This document shows positions 59,424 through 64,000 of a stretch of DNA of 64,000 bases, piece after piece. Source of the stretch: Eledone cirrhosa (lineage: Eukaryota). The DNA is taken from the NCBI GenBank assembly GCA_964016885.1, contig OZ024740.1:336412001-336476000 (forward strand), in the 5' to 3' direction. Each line of letters starts with the position of its first letter. The first letter of the stretch is position 1. Made by a program: the position numbers and the translations under genes. The notes under the pieces were generated by a model. The model made no database searches, was not told where the DNA came from, and worked only from the letters and a program-made list of their open reading frames with translations.

Positions 59424-59812
59424 ATATATTGGTAAAAGGAAAAGAAAATGCTGACAAATTGTTCCCAGTGAAAAATAGTTTAATTAGGAATAAGTAAAAA
59501 TTAGTAATAAGTATTGATTAGTATTCAGTTTTAGTTTTAAGTTTTTACCGGTTGCGCATTTCTAATGCTTTTCAAAAATAATTTTGAGATAGAGCGGCCG
59601 TGATGTTTGCTCTAATCAGATTAGAGCAAACATCACGGCCGCTCTATCTCAAAATTATTTTTTAAAAGCATTAGAAATGCGCAACCGGTAAAAACTTAAA
59701 ACTAAAACTGAATACTAATCAATACATATTACTAATTTTTATTTATTCCTAATTAAACTATTTTTTACTGGGAACAATTTGTCAGCATTTTCTTTTCCTT
59801 TTACCAATATAT
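59424..59812. mobile_element. Palindrome (~194-bp arms, 1-nt centre at 59618) with degenerate U3-A8 HHR
   Basis: ctctaatc-a-gattagag centre; minus 59542-59578 ttt-TTGAAAA-gcat tagaa atgc-GCAA-ccgg-TA-aaa. Confidence 0.85.
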
Positions 59813-59842
59813 CACAACTCATGTGTTACACCTCTATTCTTT

Positions 59843-59955
<113 letters not shown>

Positions 59956-60009
59956 TCATACACATTTATATATAATTCCGGTTGCTTTAAAGTATATATT
60001 GTTGCTGTT

Positions 60010-60354
60010 AGCTTAGGACTGGATGTCCCCTCTCAACCCATGTTGTTGATCCATCTCATCGGAGGCCGTCCTCCCGGTCTAGGGTTTGTGTAATCTGACA
60101 TGCCGCAGGCGTTGATCATTGTTGCCTCGTAACACCTGACTAGATGGCCAAACCATCTGAGTCATCATGCAATCACAGTATTTTTAATTTTCTCAGTCAG
60201 TCCCAGTATACTGCTTCTCTCGCATTGCTCATCATGTAACCATGCGTTACGCTAAGAGTCACATAGAAATTTCAGAACACGTGGACTACAACACTACTTG
60301 TAGTGCGTGTGTCTGAGCCATATATGGCTATCGGCAGAATGAGTGCCTTGTAGA

Positions 60355-60356
<2 letters not shown>
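60010..60356 (-). pseudogene. Decayed RTE-clade LINE 3' fragment
   Basis: LYKALILPIAIYGSDT; WFGHL; GGRPPMRW-like motif. Confidence 0.6.
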
Positions 60357-60416
<60 letters not shown>

Positions 60417-60424
<8 letters not shown>

Positions 60425-60867
60425 ATACTTTGGGAGGGTCATGTTGCCAATAAGAAACACACGCACCAGTTGCTTTCACTTCAATTTATTATAATAAATT
60501 TATAAATTTAGGAATTGTGTGTGTGTTGTGTGCTCAGCACACAACACACACACAGAAACAAAATGGCGTAGGACAGAACAAAGTAGAGGCACAAAAACAA
60601 AGAAAAGAATCCCCAGTCACTGAAGAGGTCACAGAATGTGTGACGAAAGAACTTTGACAATATATAAACAACTATCTGGTTGTGGAACCAACCAACCAAC
60701 CACAAATTTATAAATTCCTAAATTTATAAATTTATTATAATAAATTGAAGTGAAAGCAACTGGTGCGTGTGTTTCTTATTGGCAACATGACCCTCCCAAA
60801 GTATAACAATATCGGTTTCAACACGCGATTTCAGATAAAGAATCTTGCTAAACAAATTCAGAAACGA

Positions 60868-60870
<3 letters not shown>
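60417..60870. mobile_element. Fold-back cassette (100-bp arms) with HHR in spacer
   Basis: Arms 60417-60516 / 60713-60812; (TA)n on both sides. Confidence 0.85.
60616..60658 (+). ncRNA. Minimal hammerhead
   Basis: gtca-CTGAAGA-g gtcac agaatgt gtgac-GAAA-gaac-TT-tgac. Confidence 0.6.
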
Positions 60871-60898
<28 letters not shown>

Positions 60899-60944
60899 TA
60901 TGGAATACTGTTGGCTCTTTGCTACAATGTTTTCTATACCTTTC

Positions 60945-60993
<49 letters not shown>

Positions 60994-60996
<3 letters not shown>

Positions 60997-61185
60997 CAAA
61001 GGAATTGTGGTAAGGAACCAGATGGACCATAACGCACCAGAGTACTCAATACTTAGGGTAGTAGAGTGGGAAATAGGAAAAAGTATGACCCCGACGGCAG
61101 AGCTCAAGCCGTTTCGACGGCTATTTCTGGACTCGAAATAGCTGTCGAAACGGCTTGAGTTCTGCCGTCGGGGTCATACTTTTTC
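60994..61185 (-). mobile_element. Family P PLE-like end with 51-bp hairpin
   Basis: Arms 61077-61127 / 61135-61185; homologous to 28248-28441. Confidence 0.85.
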
Positions 61186-61187
61186 AT

Positions 61188-61225
<38 letters not shown>

Positions 61226-61240
61226 TTATTTATTTATTTA

Positions 61241-61300
<60 letters not shown>

Positions 61301-62031
61301 ATACAAACACACACATACATACACACACACACACACCATGCATATATATATACATATATATATGTGTGTGTGTGTACATGTATGTACATAGACTTTGAAT
61401 TTACATGGCAATATATGTAAGTAGTAATTTATTGATTTATATATCGATTTTCTTGAGAACGACCAATCTGACATGTAATTGCTTCTATCTGATCTCATCG
61501 TTCATATATATACCGTTGACTTCCATTGCTTACGCCATTTCCACAGCTTCTGCATTTGGTGCACTGACGTAATGCATCCTTTCTTTTTATGGAAAGAATC
61601 ATAGTTCAAGGCAATGTACTCAATACATGAACTAAAGAGGGTATGTTCTTATTTATCTTACAGAACTAAGTCTGTTTTCTTCTCTAAGAATTCGTTTAAG
61701 AATTCTTAGATAGAAAAATAATATTTCTCTCATTAATTTAATAAATGAAAATTTATCATATTTGTGCGTATTATGGATGTGTTTTTTGTGTGTGTATATG
61801 GGTGTGTGTGTGTGTGTATGTCTATATGTGTGAGTGCGTGTTGAATATTTTTGTATGTATGTGTGTGTGTGTGTGTGTGTGTGTTTTGAATATTTGCGTG
61901 TATGTGTGTGCATAATGTATTTTGTTTGTGACAACATAGTTTAGAGAGACAAAGTAAGGTACTGGAATTTTTAGATGGAGTGTGTATATATATGTGTGTG
62001 AATTGACAGACACACATACAGACAGTTAGAC

Positions 62032-62098
<67 letters not shown>

Positions 62099-62127
62099 CA
62101 GATAGATAGATAGATAGATAGATAGAC

Positions 62128-62210
<83 letters not shown>

Positions 62211-62212
<2 letters not shown>

Positions 62213-62719
62213 TGTTTCTTTTATTTGCCACTAGGGCATCAAAAGTGGGACAAGTACAAAGGGGGGAGTTTACACAAAAAGGCGCCCTCAATAAGGAGGA
62301 GGCAATAACAAAATATAAAAATAAAATAAGATATAACAAAAAATAAAATTCATAACAAAATCCTCAATAGAGAGGAGGCGCCTTGGGGGGTCGCACACAC
62401 CCCCGAAAAAAGTGTGCAACCCTTCTCCTCAGGAGCACAGAGAAGGGGTGCTCCCTTGGTCTTTCATCTTCCTCACCTATAGTCTGATGTAGAGTGAAGG
62501 CCCATTCACACGGGCCATTCTCGCCACTTTCACCCACCTTTCATAGAAACGACTGGGGTGCAGCACCTCTCGCTCCATCCTGATCCTTCTTCCGAAATGA
62601 TATCGGAAGAAACGGACCAGTTGTTGGCCAGAGAGAAAGGTGCCTGACCTCAGTCCTTTCAGACGCGTCCACCATACAACCTCTTTCGCCATGGCTATTA
62701 CGCACAGAAACACCGCCTC
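62211..62719 (-). mobile_element. 5'-truncated L1/Tx1-like LINE 3' end inserted in (GATA)n
   Basis: AVFLCVIAMAKEVVWWTR..FFRYHF..ERWV C-terminus, stop at 62477, ~265-bp 3'UTR ending aataaaagaaaca; (GATA)n on both flanks. Confidence 0.65.
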
Positions 62720-62801
<82 letters not shown>

Positions 62802-63397
62802 TAGATATAAACATTTTGCTCGTCGTTTTCTTTACGTTTTATTAAAGAAGCATTCCTGTGTTGTATTGGTATGTACATTTTTGGTTTTGTTTCTCAGTCC
62901 TTTTAGTCGAAAGACACTGATCTGTATTGTCTTGACTTGCACCGTTTGTTGCCTTGTGTCATTTCATTTTATCCTATGTAACTCTCTTATTTAGAATCCG
63001 AAACCACAAAGACACCCAGATGACAGCTGACAAGTTAAAATTCTCCGTTTCTCCGTCTGCTCCGATCATGCTTTTGTAGCCTGATCGTTGAACAAGTTGC
63101 TTCATCTCGTATGGTTTCCTATTAGTTTAAGAGCTATCAAACGAACTAACACCTAACGAAACTTTCTCTTTTCCTTATTGTTACCTATCAACACCTTATT
63201 TATCGTGTTTTCCTTACATTTTATTTTTTGACCATTCCTGTCCCATATTGGCATGTACATTTTTTCTGAAAGAAGAGTGTAAATATCATTTTAAGATAGA
63301 ATATCCGATAGTCAATCTTAAACCGTTTCGATGGCATTTTGCCATGTAAACGGTTCAAGTTTGGTCGTCGGGCATTTTATCCTAATATATATATATA

Positions 63398-63437
<40 letters not shown>

Positions 63438-63495
63438 ATATATATATATACAATATATATATACAATATACATATATATAACGTCTCATATATAT

Positions 63496-63528
<33 letters not shown>

Positions 63529-63585
63529 AATATATATATATATACAATATATATACACAATATATATATATATATAACGTCTCAT

Positions 63586-63705
<120 letters not shown>

Positions 63706-64000
63706 GACATGTTATGTATAATCAGACATAAGACCAGTTACGCATTTACTGAATATATATAATATATATTTTGGTTAATGTTCTGTGAAATATTGGCTCT
63801 GATTTTGTAATGGAATGAAAGAGGTGTACACATTGATCATCGCCTTGTTTATTTATGATATTGCCTGTTACCGGCAAGTGAGAAGAACACTATTTTACAT
63901 AGTGTGTCAAACTTATCTCTATTGAGAAAATACTGTCTGGAACAGCTCCTAGTTCATCGGTAACTTCCATTATAATTTGTATATAAGAACCTTTGTTATG

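Overview
AT-rich, microsatellite-saturated eukaryotic DNA. The repeat style is consistent with an octopus/cephalopod intron or intergenic region; that assignment is inference. No credible host protein-coding gene is present, and most ORF-track entries are translations of simple repeats. Recognisable content: a decayed Penelope-like element (PLE; RT-thumb plus GIY-YIG), a young 5'-truncated R4/Dong-type LINE in (TAA)n, a Tx1-like LINE end in (GATA)n, RTE remnants, many tRNA-derived SINEs (three with clear TSDs), two decayed hAT transposases, an intact-ended non-autonomous Helitron, and a 3.4-kb 19-bp minisatellite. The main unexplained signal is about 19 type-I hammerhead ribozyme (HHR) motifs, intact or degenerate, from roughly 10 sequence families. 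Most sit in (TA)n-flanked fold-back (inverted-repeat) cassettes, several carry an HHR on both strands, and several fold back within HHR stem II. All HHR calls are manual base-pairing reads, not covariance-model hits.
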